From an uncultured Spirochaetota bacterium (GTDB taxonomy: Bacteria > Spirochaetota > Spirochaetia > SZUA-6 > Fen-1364), in the NCBI GenBank assembly GCA_963820525.1, contig CAWGAA010000001.1:3072001-3136000 (forward strand): a stretch of 64,000 bases of DNA. The letters are read 5' to 3'. Position numbers and translations under genes: made by a program. Below, one piece after another: positions 8,617 through 17,540 of the stretch. Under the pieces are notes generated by a model. The model was not told where the DNA came from, did not search any database, and saw only the letters and a list, made by a program, of their open reading frames with translations. How positions within the stretch are numbered: position 1 is the stretch's first letter; the number at the start of each line of letters is the position of its first letter.

Positions 8617-10540
8617 CCAATCTTCGACAGTTTGGCCCCCTTAAAAAGTGCATTCCCCTCGAATTTGCGGGGAATTTGAAGGTTTTTTTACAACTGGACC
8701 ACTTTATGTAGTGCCACGGAATTGGCAGTTTATGAAGAAAATGCTTGCACAGATGGCCTCTTCATGGTAGTATCCGTAGAGGGGGAGGCAGGCAATGTTC
8801 GTCCGCATCAAGAACTCGCACGGATACAAGTACCTTCAGATCGTTGAAAGCAAGCGTGAGGGCAAAAAGGTCAAACAACGTGTCCTCACCACCCTCGGCC
8901 AACTGGATGCACTCACCGCATCAGGCAAGATCGATGACCTCACCCGATCGCTGGCGAAGTTCTCCTCGATTCGAACGATCATCGATGCTCACCGCGAGGG
9001 CACCATCCAAGCGCACCGCACACTGTCCATCGGTCCCGCCCTTCTCTTCGACCGATTGTGGCAGCAGTTGGGGATCAAAGAGGCGATAAAGGGCCAAGTG
9101 GCCGCTCGCCCATGGCGCTTCTCCCTGGAACGGGCGATCTTCCTCACCGTCCTGCACCGCCTCTTCGATCCGGGAAGCGACCGCGCGGCAGAGCGCTGGA
9201 AGGAGGATTTCCAGATCAGCGGGACAGAGGGAATCGAGCTTCATCACCTCTACCGCGCCATGGGCTGGCTGGGAGAACAGAGCATCCAGCTCGGCCATGA
9301 TGCGCGAAGCCTGCGCTGCCGAAAGGACCTCATCGAAGAGGAGCTTTTTCGCCGTAACCGCGATCTGTTCAGCGAGTTGGAGCTGGTGTTCTTCGACACC
9401 ACGAGCCTGTACTTCGAGGGGCAAGGGGGAGAAAGCCTGGGACAGTACGGGCACAGCAAGGACCACAGACCCGACCTGAAACAGATGGTGGTCGGCGCGG
9501 TGCTGGACGGCACTGGGCGGCCGATCTGCTGCGAGCTGTGGCCAGGGAACCTCACCGATGTCACCTCCCTTATCCCGGTGGTCCAACGACTGAAGAGCCG
9601 CTTCGCAATCGCTTCGGTGTGCGTGGTGGCAGACCGCGGGATGATAAGCGCAGAGACGATCGAGAAACTTGAAACTGATGAGCTTGGCATGTCCTACATC
9701 CTTGGAGCGCGCATGCGCAAGGACAAGACGGTGCGCGATGAAGTGCTTCCTTCCTCTGAGAAGTTCCAAGTAGTCACAGGAGAGAAGAAGAAGCCTGGGG
9801 ATCCCTCCCCCCTATCGGTGCGGGAGCAGTGGGTGGGGGAGAAGCGTTACGTGGTCTGTTACAACGACGATCAGGCCCGAAAGGATGCCGCGGACAGAAA
9901 GGCCATCGTGGAGTCTTTGAAAGAGAAGCTCAAAAGCGGGGACAAGAGCCTCGTGGGCAATAAGGGCTACAGGCGATACCTGAAGTCCGCGGGAAAGGAG
10001 CACTTCACCGTCGACGAGGCCAAGCTCGCGAAGGAGCAGCTGTTCGACGGCATGTGGGTGCTGCGCACCAATACCGCGTTTGCCGCCGCGGATGTGGCAC
10101 TGAAGTACAAGCAGCTATGGATGGTGGAATCGATATTCCGTTCGGCCAAGAGTCTTCTGGAGACCCGCCCTATCTATCACAAAGTTGACGACACTATCCG
10201 GGGGCATGTGTTCTGCAGTTTCCTCGCGCTTGTTCTACGAAAAGAGCTGGAAACGAGACTTGAGAAGCACGGGGCCAAGCTGGAGTGGGCGGATATCAAT
10301 AGGGACCTTCGAGCACTGCAGGAAGTGGAAGTGGAAATGCATGGCAAGAAGCTGTATCTGCGCACCGACCTTCGGGGGGTATGCCACACGGTATTGCAGG
10401 CTGCGGGTGTCGCGGTGCCGCAGACGGTTCGCGAATGATCGCCATGCTAGGGGAAGTCGCGCTGTAGTGCCAAAGAAATTCCGTCGGCTTCTAATTCCTT
10501 ACGGGGCAAGTACTTCATTTTTCAAACTGTCGAAGATGGG
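8617..10540 (+). mobile_element. IS1634-family insertion sequence
   Basis: 18-bp terminal IRs CCAATCTTCGACAGTTTG / CAAACTGTCGAAGATGGG (1 mismatch); 5-bp target duplication CTAGA at 8612-8616 and 10541-10545. Confidence 0.9.
8795..10438 (+). CDS. IS1634-family DDE transposase
   Basis: YLQIVES...KVKQR N-terminus, FFDTTSLYFEG, GHSKDHRPDL, VADRGM, VESIFR..K...LETRPIYH. Confidence 0.92.
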   Translation: MFVRIKNSHGYKYLQIVESKREGKKVKQRVLTTLGQLDALTASGKIDDLTRSLAKFSSIRTIIDAHREGTIQAHRTLSIGPALLFDRLWQQLGIKEAIKGQVAARPWRFSLERAIFLTVLHRLFDPGSDRAAERWKEDFQISGTEGIELHHLYRAMGWLGEQSIQLGHDARSLRCRKDLIEEELFRRNRDLFSELELVFFDTTSLYFEGQGGESLGQYGHSKDHRPDLKQMVVGAVLDGTGRPICCELWPGNLTDVTSLIPVVQRLKSRFAIASVCVVADRGMISAETIEKLETDELGMSYILGARMRKDKTVRDEVLPSSEKFQVVTGEKKKPGDPSPLSVREQWVGEKRYVVCYNDDQARKDAADRKAIVESLKEKLKSGDKSLVGNKGYRRYLKSAGKEHFTVDEAKLAKEQLFDGMWVLRTNTAFAAADVALKYKQLWMVESIFRSAKSLLETRPIYHKVDDTIRGHVFCSFLALVLRKELETRLEKHGAKLEWADINRDLRALQEVEVEMHGKKLYLRTDLRGVCHTVLQAAGVAVPQTVRE

Positions 10541-10615
10541 CTAGAGATTTTCTTCGACGCATGCCATCCGTCACAATTGCATTCTTGCTAATTAGCTCTG
10601 GCTAGCAAACTGACC

Positions 10616-11224
10616 TTATTGTTGGGGCTTGTAGATGAAGGGTCCATCACTATCTTTATATATTTTGGTAAATTCAGGACCAATAGGAATGAGATATTTC
10701 TTGCTTTTCCTATACTCTGTCTTGGACGCAGTTTCTCTACAAACGAGTTGGGCAATTCTTGTTCCAGGATAAAGTGCGATAGGAACATTTGAGATATTCG
10801 CGAGTTCAAGAGTAATGCATCCCTTGAAACCTGGTTCAATAGTGACGGCTGTTGCAATTACTAGACCTATGCGCGCTATCGAAGATCTCCCTTCGATGGA
10901 AGCTTCGATATTTGCTGGGAGCCCTATATATTCAAACGTTGAGCCAAGCACCATTGTTTGCGGGTGGAGGTAGAACGGCGTTCCAAAAGGAACGACGACC
11001 TCTGTTTGTATAGACTTGATCTTTTCTTTGTCATGCATAAGAGATTTCGGATCAATTGCATTAATGTTTTCAATTCGAAATATAATGAATTGATTGGAGA
11101 GACGAAGATCAATTCCTATTTGATTGATCTGGAGATCACGGTCAAGCAATGGAGTTACTACGAGTTTACTCACATCGGACCGGTTAAGATATTCAATCAA
11201 TTCATTCTTAGACAAGGTGCTCAT
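10616..11224 (-). CDS. dcd: dCTP deaminase (trimeric dUTPase fold)
   Basis: IDLRL, EGRSSIARIGL, IEPGFKGCITLEL, RIAQL. Confidence 0.88.
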   Translation of the reverse strand: MSTLSKNELIEYLNRSDVSKLVVTPLLDRDLQINQIGIDLRLSNQFIIFRIENINAIDPKSLMHDKEKIKSIQTEVVVPFGTPFYLHPQTMVLGSTFEYIGLPANIEASIEGRSSIARIGLVIATAVTIEPGFKGCITLELANISNVPIALYPGTRIAQLVCRETASKTEYRKSKKYLIPIGPEFTKIYKDSDGPFIYKPQQ

Positions 11225-12530
11225 CAGCTGGACCTTTCGAATTCTGATACTCCGAGTCTACATAACTTGAAAAGAGAGACTTAAGAAGTAGACGCATTAG
11301 TATTTGATAATTCGTGATAAACTCATCACCTTTCGATATTTGATCGATCTTTTGGTAATATATCCATCCGGCAAGAATAATATCCGCCATTCCCACAGGT
11401 TTGCCGTGCAATTCATTAGCCGGAATGATATCGTCAAGCTTCAGGTACAATTCGTCGATTTGATTAGGATTGAGATAGTACTTTGGGACTTGGCTCTGAG
11501 CATAGGATATAATATCGGGAAGAGATGCCTTAAAAAGCTTGATCTCCTCTGCAATATCAGTCAGAGCTTTTTGATCCTCATTATCAGAAAGGTACTGCTC
11601 GATGTCCTGCAGATATCTTTTATAGTACTTTGAGCATTCGGACTTAGAGGTAGCTACGGGGGCCATCCTTCCGTCAATCTTTAAAATCTCTTCATATAGT
11701 ACTCTTATACGATACTTGATTGGCGGATAATAATTAGTAAATCTGCTGGGTAATTCTATTTTGCCTTCAAATATGGATATAAAATCTAAAGCAAATAGCA
11801 TCGAAGGGCCAAAGATAAGATATCCACAAATGTCTGAAAGAATCTCACGATACATACCTTCAAGTATCTTCATGCCTTCTATGGTCTTTTCATATGGACG
11901 GAATAGATCAGCGGGAAACTTCTTTCGGTAGTAGGTGCTCAGATGAACGTTCTGATCTAAAATCAGTTTCTTTGCTTCAGGTGTTTCTTTCCATCTATTA
12001 TGGTAGAAATGACCCAATTCATGACCGATCACCGAATAGAGAAGAACATTGGTCTTCTCGAGATAAGGAAACGAAAAGACATGAATTTTCTGAGTGGAAA
12101 ATAGGCTGCTAATCTCTTGTGCTCGAGTCGGGAATATGGTAAGTAGCACATTGCTTAAGGGTCTGATAAGATCGTCTGTCATAACGGAATAGTTAAAATG
12201 CCATTGCGGCCTGAATAAGAGTAGATAGTCGGTTCCAAATTGCTCCTTAAGCATGCGATCAAGATATGGAATAACACTCCATGGAATATTTGCAGTTGAT
12301 GCCCGTTCTATATAGCGAACACTAGGTATGAATCTGGTCGAAATGAATATGAACAAAACCTTGTATGTTGATTCCTCAATCTCACCAAAGTGATCAACAA
12401 AATACTGGATGAACTTCTTGTAGCTGTCTATTGCAAGCACACAGGATTGGTTATAAAAATCAACGGTCTTGATTTCATCGAGATAGTTTCTAGCGCTAAT
12501 GAGCTTTCTATATAGCTTATTCTCAATCAT
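11208..12530 (-). CDS. Hypothetical 440-aa protein with zincin-like HEXXH motif
   Basis: VIGHELGHFYH plus downstream EILSD...FGP; overlaps the dcd start by 17 bp. Confidence 0.75.
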   Translation of the reverse strand: MIENKLYRKLISARNYLDEIKTVDFYNQSCVLAIDSYKKFIQYFVDHFGEIEESTYKVLFIFISTRFIPSVRYIERASTANIPWSVIPYLDRMLKEQFGTDYLLLFRPQWHFNYSVMTDDLIRPLSNVLLTIFPTRAQEISSLFSTQKIHVFSFPYLEKTNVLLYSVIGHELGHFYHNRWKETPEAKKLILDQNVHLSTYYRKKFPADLFRPYEKTIEGMKILEGMYREILSDICGYLIFGPSMLFALDFISIFEGKIELPSRFTNYYPPIKYRIRVLYEEILKIDGRMAPVATSKSECSKYYKRYLQDIEQYLSDNEDQKALTDIAEEIKLFKASLPDIISYAQSQVPKYYLNPNQIDELYLKLDDIIPANELHGKPVGMADIILAGWIYYQKIDQISKGDEFITNYQILMRLLLKSLFSSYVDSEYQNSKGPADEHLV

Positions 12531-12547
12531 TTGTTGCGCGTGATTCT

Positions 12548-13004
12548 TTACGCATACTGAAGGGAAGATTGGCTATGCGAAAGTACGTTATAGTTTTCTG
12601 AGTAGATTTTGCTGATCTTCTCAAAGAAATCTTGGAGGTCTGTCGAGGCCTGCCCCTTGTAAAATTTGCCTAGGATTGAGATCAAAATCAGCGAGTTGCT
12701 CTCTAATCTGCGTAAAGTAGTTTTTGAGGGAATTGAGCTTTTCTCTGTTTAGCGGAGTTGTCAGGCTTTCCGTAATCTCAATGACGTCTTTGAGATTTGG
12801 GACGAATTGAAAAACACCCGTAATATCAGATTGATATATATCGACGCCAAGTGTGTCCAGTGATCTAATTAGCTGATCTAAGAATGCTAAACCTTCTTTT
12901 AAGTAGGCTTTAGAGGTTGGAGATAGTGGCGTTTTTGAAGTTATAAGGGTGTGTCGAATGTTATCAAAAATAACCTGAAGTCGAAATTCTTCAAGATTTT
13001 CCAT
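12548..13004 (-). CDS. Small helical hypothetical protein (probable frameshift near 12665)
   Basis: RBS GGGGAGG + ATG at 13004; an alternative frame FYKGQASTDLQDFFEKISKIY... continues to a stop at 12548, just upstream of the next gene. Confidence 0.6.
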
Positions 13005-13072
13005 GATCTGCCCCTCCCCTAATATATGTCCATTTATACCACTTCGGAGCACTCACTGCAAATACTTTTTTC

Positions 13073-13079
13073 GCATAAC
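13073..13079 (-). other. Isolated GTTRRRY-like core site starting the distal cassette
   Basis: Minus strand GTTATGCGAAA matches the GTT-N4-RRAA start of the other four cassettes. Confidence 0.55.
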
Positions 13080-13115
13080 ATTGTATTAAACTGCATAGGA
13101 CTCTGGCGCAATGGC

Positions 13116-13249
13116 CTATAGCGTCCTGCAAATATGTGACGCGGCCCTGAGGCCAACAAGGCCGAAGGGCCGTGTGGCGGAGCGGCGCGCTGCAGCGCCG
13201 CGGAACCCAAGGCGCCTACTGGCGCCGATGCACATATTTGCTGTTATGT
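13116..13249 (-). repeat. attC-like site A (one core degenerate, GTT to GCT)
   Basis: Arms GCAAATATGTG/CACATATTTGC, branched GC-rich interior closely similar to sites B and C; cyclase-like gene stop TAA lies in the inverse core. Confidence 0.8.
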
Positions 13250-14149
13250 GGAGCCCTGCGGTTGCGTGCGCCTTGATCGTATCTTTGTAACTCTATCTAA
13301 TTCTTTTGTGTATTCGGGCCAACTTGTATTGAAAGGTTTACTCTCATCCTTATTTGAAATGAAAGGATAGTGCAACTGACCCATTGTGGAGTTGATGTAC
13401 TCTTCAAGGTACTCCAGCAGTGTTACCTCACTCTGCGGAGTCGTGCCAGCCAACTCCATTTCTAGTTCGTTCAGTTTGTTATGCAGGTCGATCCAGATGA
13501 CTGGGTATTCCTTGTTTCCCAAGACGCCTTTCAAAACGACTTTGTTCTGACAAAAAAGTCGAATGTCATTTCTTCGAAGGGTCAGGAAGTTGTCCCTCAT
13601 CAAAAGTATGGCAAGCTCGACGGATATCACGAATTTACCAATTTCCGCAAATTTGGAGATTCTAAATCCGATGTCAATGGATTTTCCGATGAACTCTGTT
13701 CTTTCACTCTCTACTCTGGAGTTGTCAACAGGAGTATTCCCGGTCCACGCAGTTCCCTTTATCTTGAGCTCACTGGTCTCATTGAATCTCGCGATTGCCT
13801 TCCTAAATACATTGATGTACCACAGTATCAACGAATATTGGCTATCTTCAGCAGGCTTCACTTCTCGGAACGATTCAATGATGCTTATGAAAAACAGCAG
13901 CTCGTCACCATTGATTTTCCATTGAGAAGGAACGGGCAGCGTGAGTTCTCTCTTTTTGCCTGCATTGACCCTTATAGCAGCTCGACTGCATTCTTCTTTC
14001 AGTATTTGAGAAAATTCGCTGTAGAAGTCGCTAAGTGATACAGTCCAATCGCGATCCTGGTATTTTCGCTGAGTCGAATCAATTACGTCAACGCTCAGGA
14101 AGAGGAAAAAATCCTCTTTATTGACTTCTACAGGTTCATGTGGGCGCAT
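13244..14149 (-). CDS. Divergent class III nucleotidyl cyclase-like protein (single-gene cassette)
   Basis: FLSVDVIDST (first metal Asp), WKINGDE (second Asp), FIGKSIDIGFR (GxxVNxAxR-like), LKG; RBS GGAGG just inside the cassette end. Confidence 0.65.
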   Translation of the reverse strand: MRPHEPVEVNKEDFFLFLSVDVIDSTQRKYQDRDWTVSLSDFYSEFSQILKEECSRAAIRVNAGKKRELTLPVPSQWKINGDELLFFISIIESFREVKPAEDSQYSLILWYINVFRKAIARFNETSELKIKGTAWTGNTPVDNSRVESERTEFIGKSIDIGFRISKFAEIGKFVISVELAILLMRDNFLTLRRNDIRLFCQNKVVLKGVLGNKEYPVIWIDLHNKLNELEMELAGTTPQSEVTLLEYLEEYINSTMGQLHYPFISNKDESKPFNTSWPEYTKELDRVTKIRSRRTQPQGST

Positions 14150-14177
14150 CCATAGACCTCCTAGATCGCAGGGTTCC

Positions 14178-14307
14178 ACATAACGTCCCGCAAGTATACG
14201 ACTTGGCCCGAGGCCAACATGGCCGAGGGCCATGTGGTGGAGCGGCGCGCTGCAGCGCCGCGGAGCCCAAGCCGCCCGCCAGGGCGGCGAAGCACATATT
14301 TGCTGTT
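14178..14307 (-). repeat. attC-like site B (interrupted at its GTT by IS1182)
   Basis: Plus strand ACATAAC-GTCCC-GCAAGTATACG...CACATATTTGC-T-GTT; core continues as GTTAGGT at 16025. Confidence 0.85.
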
Positions 14308-16024
14308 GATTCTGTAGGAAAAGCCACGCGCCTACTTTACGCTATTTGATATCCAGCGCACAATAGCTTCATGGCGCGGTATAAGGATCATAATCAGGAT
14401 CAAGGCGAGTTTATTGTCGTCCAGTTCAGCGAGCAACTGCTTATGGATACCTTCGAATACACGCTCAATCACCTGATCAACGAGAAAATAGATTTATCAG
14501 CGCTCGATTCAAAGTATAAGAACGATCTTACCGGTGCTCCTGCATATGATCCTCGGGTTTTACTGAAAATCATTCTTTTCGCCTACTCCAGAGGCATATT
14601 TTCATCACGACGGATCATGGAGCTTTGCGAGACGAATATCATAGCCAAAGCGCTTTCGGCAAACTCCATCCCGCATTTCACGGTCATAGCGGATTTCATC
14701 TCATCGATGAAGGATGAAATCGCCGGCATATTTCTGAAAATCCTCATGGTGTGCCAGGAAATGGAGCTCATCGGCGGAAAGCTGTTTGCGATTGACGGAT
14801 GCAAGCTGCCGTCCAACGCGTCCAAAGAATCGAGCGGCACCTTCAGGGATCTCAAAAGGAGAAAAGAAAAACTTGAAAGAACGGTAAAACTGCTCATTCA
14901 AAAGCATACTGTAACCGACAGAGCTGAAACCGCATCAGGATCCGAAGTTTCGCCAAAGAAGAAAGCCATTGATAGGATCGACTCAAAGATCAAGCACATC
15001 GAGGACTTCCTTAAAACAGAAACGCCGAAACAGGGCAACCGTGGCAAGGAAATACAGTCGAATATCACGGATAACGATAGCGCAAAGATCAAGACTTCTC
15101 ACGGAATGATCCAGGGGTATAACGGGATCGCCCTCGCGGATGAACAAAACCAGGTCATTATAGCCACCGAAGCCTATGGGAAAGGGCAAGAACATGGGAC
15201 ATTCAAGCCCGTTCTTGAAATGGCGGAAGAGAATCTGAAAGCCATCACCGACAAGGAAGAACCTCTTTCAGGAAAGACCGTACTTGCGGACACGAATTAC
15301 TTCTGTGAAGAAAACCTAAAAACAGCCGCGGATAAGAAAATCGAGGCGATCATCCCGGACTACAACTTTCGAAAACGAGACGAGCGCTTCGTGGACAGGA
15401 AAGATCATTCGGGTATCGAGTATAAGTTTGGATTTCAAAATTTCACATATGATGAGAAAACAAACACGTATACATGTCCCAACGGGAAAACACTGAAACA
15501 TAGAGGACATGCAATACTTCATGGATCTTCGGGGCATCGTTATCAATCCAAAGCGTCCGACTTTAAGGGGTGTCGGTTTACAAATAAATGCTTTCATCGC
15601 AAAAAGAATAGCAGCGGCAAGCGGACACTCTTTATAGATGACAAGGATAATTCCACCAATTATTCGGCACAAATGATCCAGAAGATCGACCGGCCGGAGG
15701 TCAGGGATTTATATTCAAGACGGATGGCAATCATCGAACCAGTGTTTGCGAATATCACATTCCATAAGAGACTGAACAGATTCACTCTGAGAACGAAAGC
15801 GAAAGTGAATATTCAATGGCTGTTATATTGCATGGTTCATAATATAGGAAAGATTTCAAAGGCGATGTCTGGAGCGAATGCATGATGGAAAAGAAAATGC
15901 ACACCGATTGTCCGATGATCTATATCGATAGAGTAGTTTTCGCTTTCTGATCATTCATAAATCGTTTTTGAATCGAGTTTGAAGGAGAACTGTTGTCTTT
16001 TGGGCTATATTTTCCTACAGACTC
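14308..16024 (+). mobile_element. IS1182-family insertion sequence
   Basis: 15-bp IRs GATTCTGTAGGAAAA / TTTTCCTACAGACTC (1 mismatch), flanked by GTT on both sides. Confidence 0.88.
14371..15885 (+). CDS. IS1182-family transposase
   Basis: GAPAYDPRVLLKIILFAY..GIFSSR, AIDGCKL..NAS, ITDNDS, LADTNY, YTCPNGK, IEPVFANI. Confidence 0.92.
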   Translation: MARYKDHNQDQGEFIVVQFSEQLLMDTFEYTLNHLINEKIDLSALDSKYKNDLTGAPAYDPRVLLKIILFAYSRGIFSSRRIMELCETNIIAKALSANSIPHFTVIADFISSMKDEIAGIFLKILMVCQEMELIGGKLFAIDGCKLPSNASKESSGTFRDLKRRKEKLERTVKLLIQKHTVTDRAETASGSEVSPKKKAIDRIDSKIKHIEDFLKTETPKQGNRGKEIQSNITDNDSAKIKTSHGMIQGYNGIALADEQNQVIIATEAYGKGQEHGTFKPVLEMAEENLKAITDKEEPLSGKTVLADTNYFCEENLKTAADKKIEAIIPDYNFRKRDERFVDRKDHSGIEYKFGFQNFTYDEKTNTYTCPNGKTLKHRGHAILHGSSGHRYQSKASDFKGCRFTNKCFHRKKNSSGKRTLFIDDKDNSTNYSAQMIQKIDRPEVRDLYSRRMAIIEPVFANITFHKRLNRFTLRTKAKVNIQWLLYCMVHNIGKISKAMSGANA

Positions 16025-16049
16025 GTTAGGTGAAGGGCAGAACAGCAAA

Positions 16050-16547
16050 TTACCGATATGATTTTGCCATTTTATCCCTTTTCTGCAAAAATTCAGGTTC
16101 CAAATGTTTGGCTAATATTTTAACTATTAAAGATATAGCCTTATCTATATCTTTATAAATATCTGACTCCCAAATGCGAATGACATTCCAGCCGCTATGT
16201 ATTAATGATTTTGTGTTCTTAATATCTCTATCAATATTATTTTCGATCTTAGCAATCCAATATTTACTATTATAGCCCTTTATCAATTTCTTTCTTCTAA
16301 GATGCCAGTCTTTTCCATGCCAAAAATCTCCATCTACAAATACTACACATTTTTCTTTAGTAAATACTATATCAGGTATACCTGGCATAGTCCTCACATT
16401 TTTCCTATAGCGTAAACCGATTTTCCATAAATAATGACGAAGTAGTACTTCTGGCTTAGTATCCTTTTTCTTACTCGCTCCGCGTGCTTTAGCTGAGGCA
16501 TTTTCTGACTTTGGATATAATCCTTTAAATGATGCATTTTTATGCAT
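16050..16547 (-). CDS. vsr: Very short patch repair endonuclease
   Basis: DTKPEVLLR, PGIPDIVF, FVDGDFWHG, GWNVIRIWE. Confidence 0.92.
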   Translation of the reverse strand: MHKNASFKGLYPKSENASAKARGASKKKDTKPEVLLRHYLWKIGLRYRKNVRTMPGIPDIVFTKEKCVVFVDGDFWHGKDWHLRRKKLIKGYNSKYWIAKIENNIDRDIKNTKSLIHSGWNVIRIWESDIYKDIDKAISLIVKILAKHLEPEFLQKRDKMAKSYR

Positions 16548-16550
16548 GAT

Positions 16551-17540
16551 TTATCCAAATATCGCCTTATATAATCCCCCTAATTCTACAATCTCCATTT
16601 TTGATAATGGTAGAATATCAGTTAATTCTGACTTAAATCTAACATCGCTGACTTCTGCAGGAATGTTAGACGTAATTTGGGGAATTTCGATTGCATCATA
16701 TATACTAATAGTATTTAGAGCATTTGAGGAATCAAATCTTATGCGTATAGCATCTCTCCAATCTCTGCCTAAGCTCATCGTGATTATTTGTGAAATTCTT
16801 TCTTTTAATCTTTCTGATATATCCATACGCGAGGTTATTTTTTCCCAAAGATCTATGATGGAAAGGCCATTTGCTTTTTCATCTATCAGGAAAGAAACAA
16901 TCAGTATTCTATTGTTTTTCTTAGGAATTAATTGATCAAGATTGAAATTATGAATACGTATAGGACCTTTAGTCGATTTAACTTCTAATTGTTGTTCTCC
17001 ATTGACAAAGTCAAATAATTCATTCGGATCAGCGTGCCAAGCAGTTGCAGCTAAGTTAATATCGTGCGCATTAGCAATGAGAAATAGTTCACACCAAATG
17101 CCCTCAATAGAGCTTAATGGAGGAGCCTCCATTGATCTAAACAACTCAATTAGATTAGATATTATTAATAAAATGTCTATGTCTTTAGATTCCAAAGGCA
17201 TCAGTGAAATAATCCCAGATAACGCCCGCAAAAAGTATTCTCTTAATATCTGATCTGCTTTTGAGCATTTAATCATCGTGAGCCTTTCTGAAGCGATTGT
17301 TCCATCATTATTAATAATTTGGCACATACAACTGGGACGAAATGAAAAATATTTGAATTCTCTTGGAGGAATAGAAAGCTCGTTTGAATGGCTTTTAGTT
17401 GAGAATAAGAGAGCGGGATTTCCATAAGAATCTTTTGCAATATGAATATTGGGATGCCCAGGCAATACAAGTGCTGAATAGAATTCTCCAGAATCTTTAA
17501 TTTCTTTTAGATTAAGAAATAGTGAAAACAAGTCAATCAT
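16551..17540 (-). CDS. PD-(D/E)XK motif protein (DUF4420-like)
   Basis: GIWCELFLI, W...LFDF...LEVKST; follows the Z1 gene. Confidence 0.8.
   Translation of the reverse strand: MIDLFSLFLNLKEIKDSGEFYSALVLPGHPNIHIAKDSYGNPALLFSTKSHSNELSIPPREFKYFSFRPSCMCQIINNDGTIASERLTMIKCSKADQILREYFLRALSGIISLMPLESKDIDILLIISNLIELFRSMEAPPLSSIEGIWCELFLIANAHDINLAATAWHADPNELFDFVNGEQQLEVKSTKGPIRIHNFNLDQLIPKKNNRILIVSFLIDEKANGLSIIDLWEKITSRMDISERLKERISQIITMSLGRDWRDAIRIRFDSSNALNTISIYDAIEIPQITSNIPAEVSDVRFKSELTDILPLSKMEIVELGGLYKAIFG

Noticed and set aside
13244..14149. Calling this a Pycsar or CBASS system
   Set aside because: No cNMP-binding TM/TIR effector or CD-NTase motifs nearby
14150..14233. N-terminal extension of the 329-aa ORF
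   Set aside because: Runs through the attC-like site; the RBS supports the start at 14149
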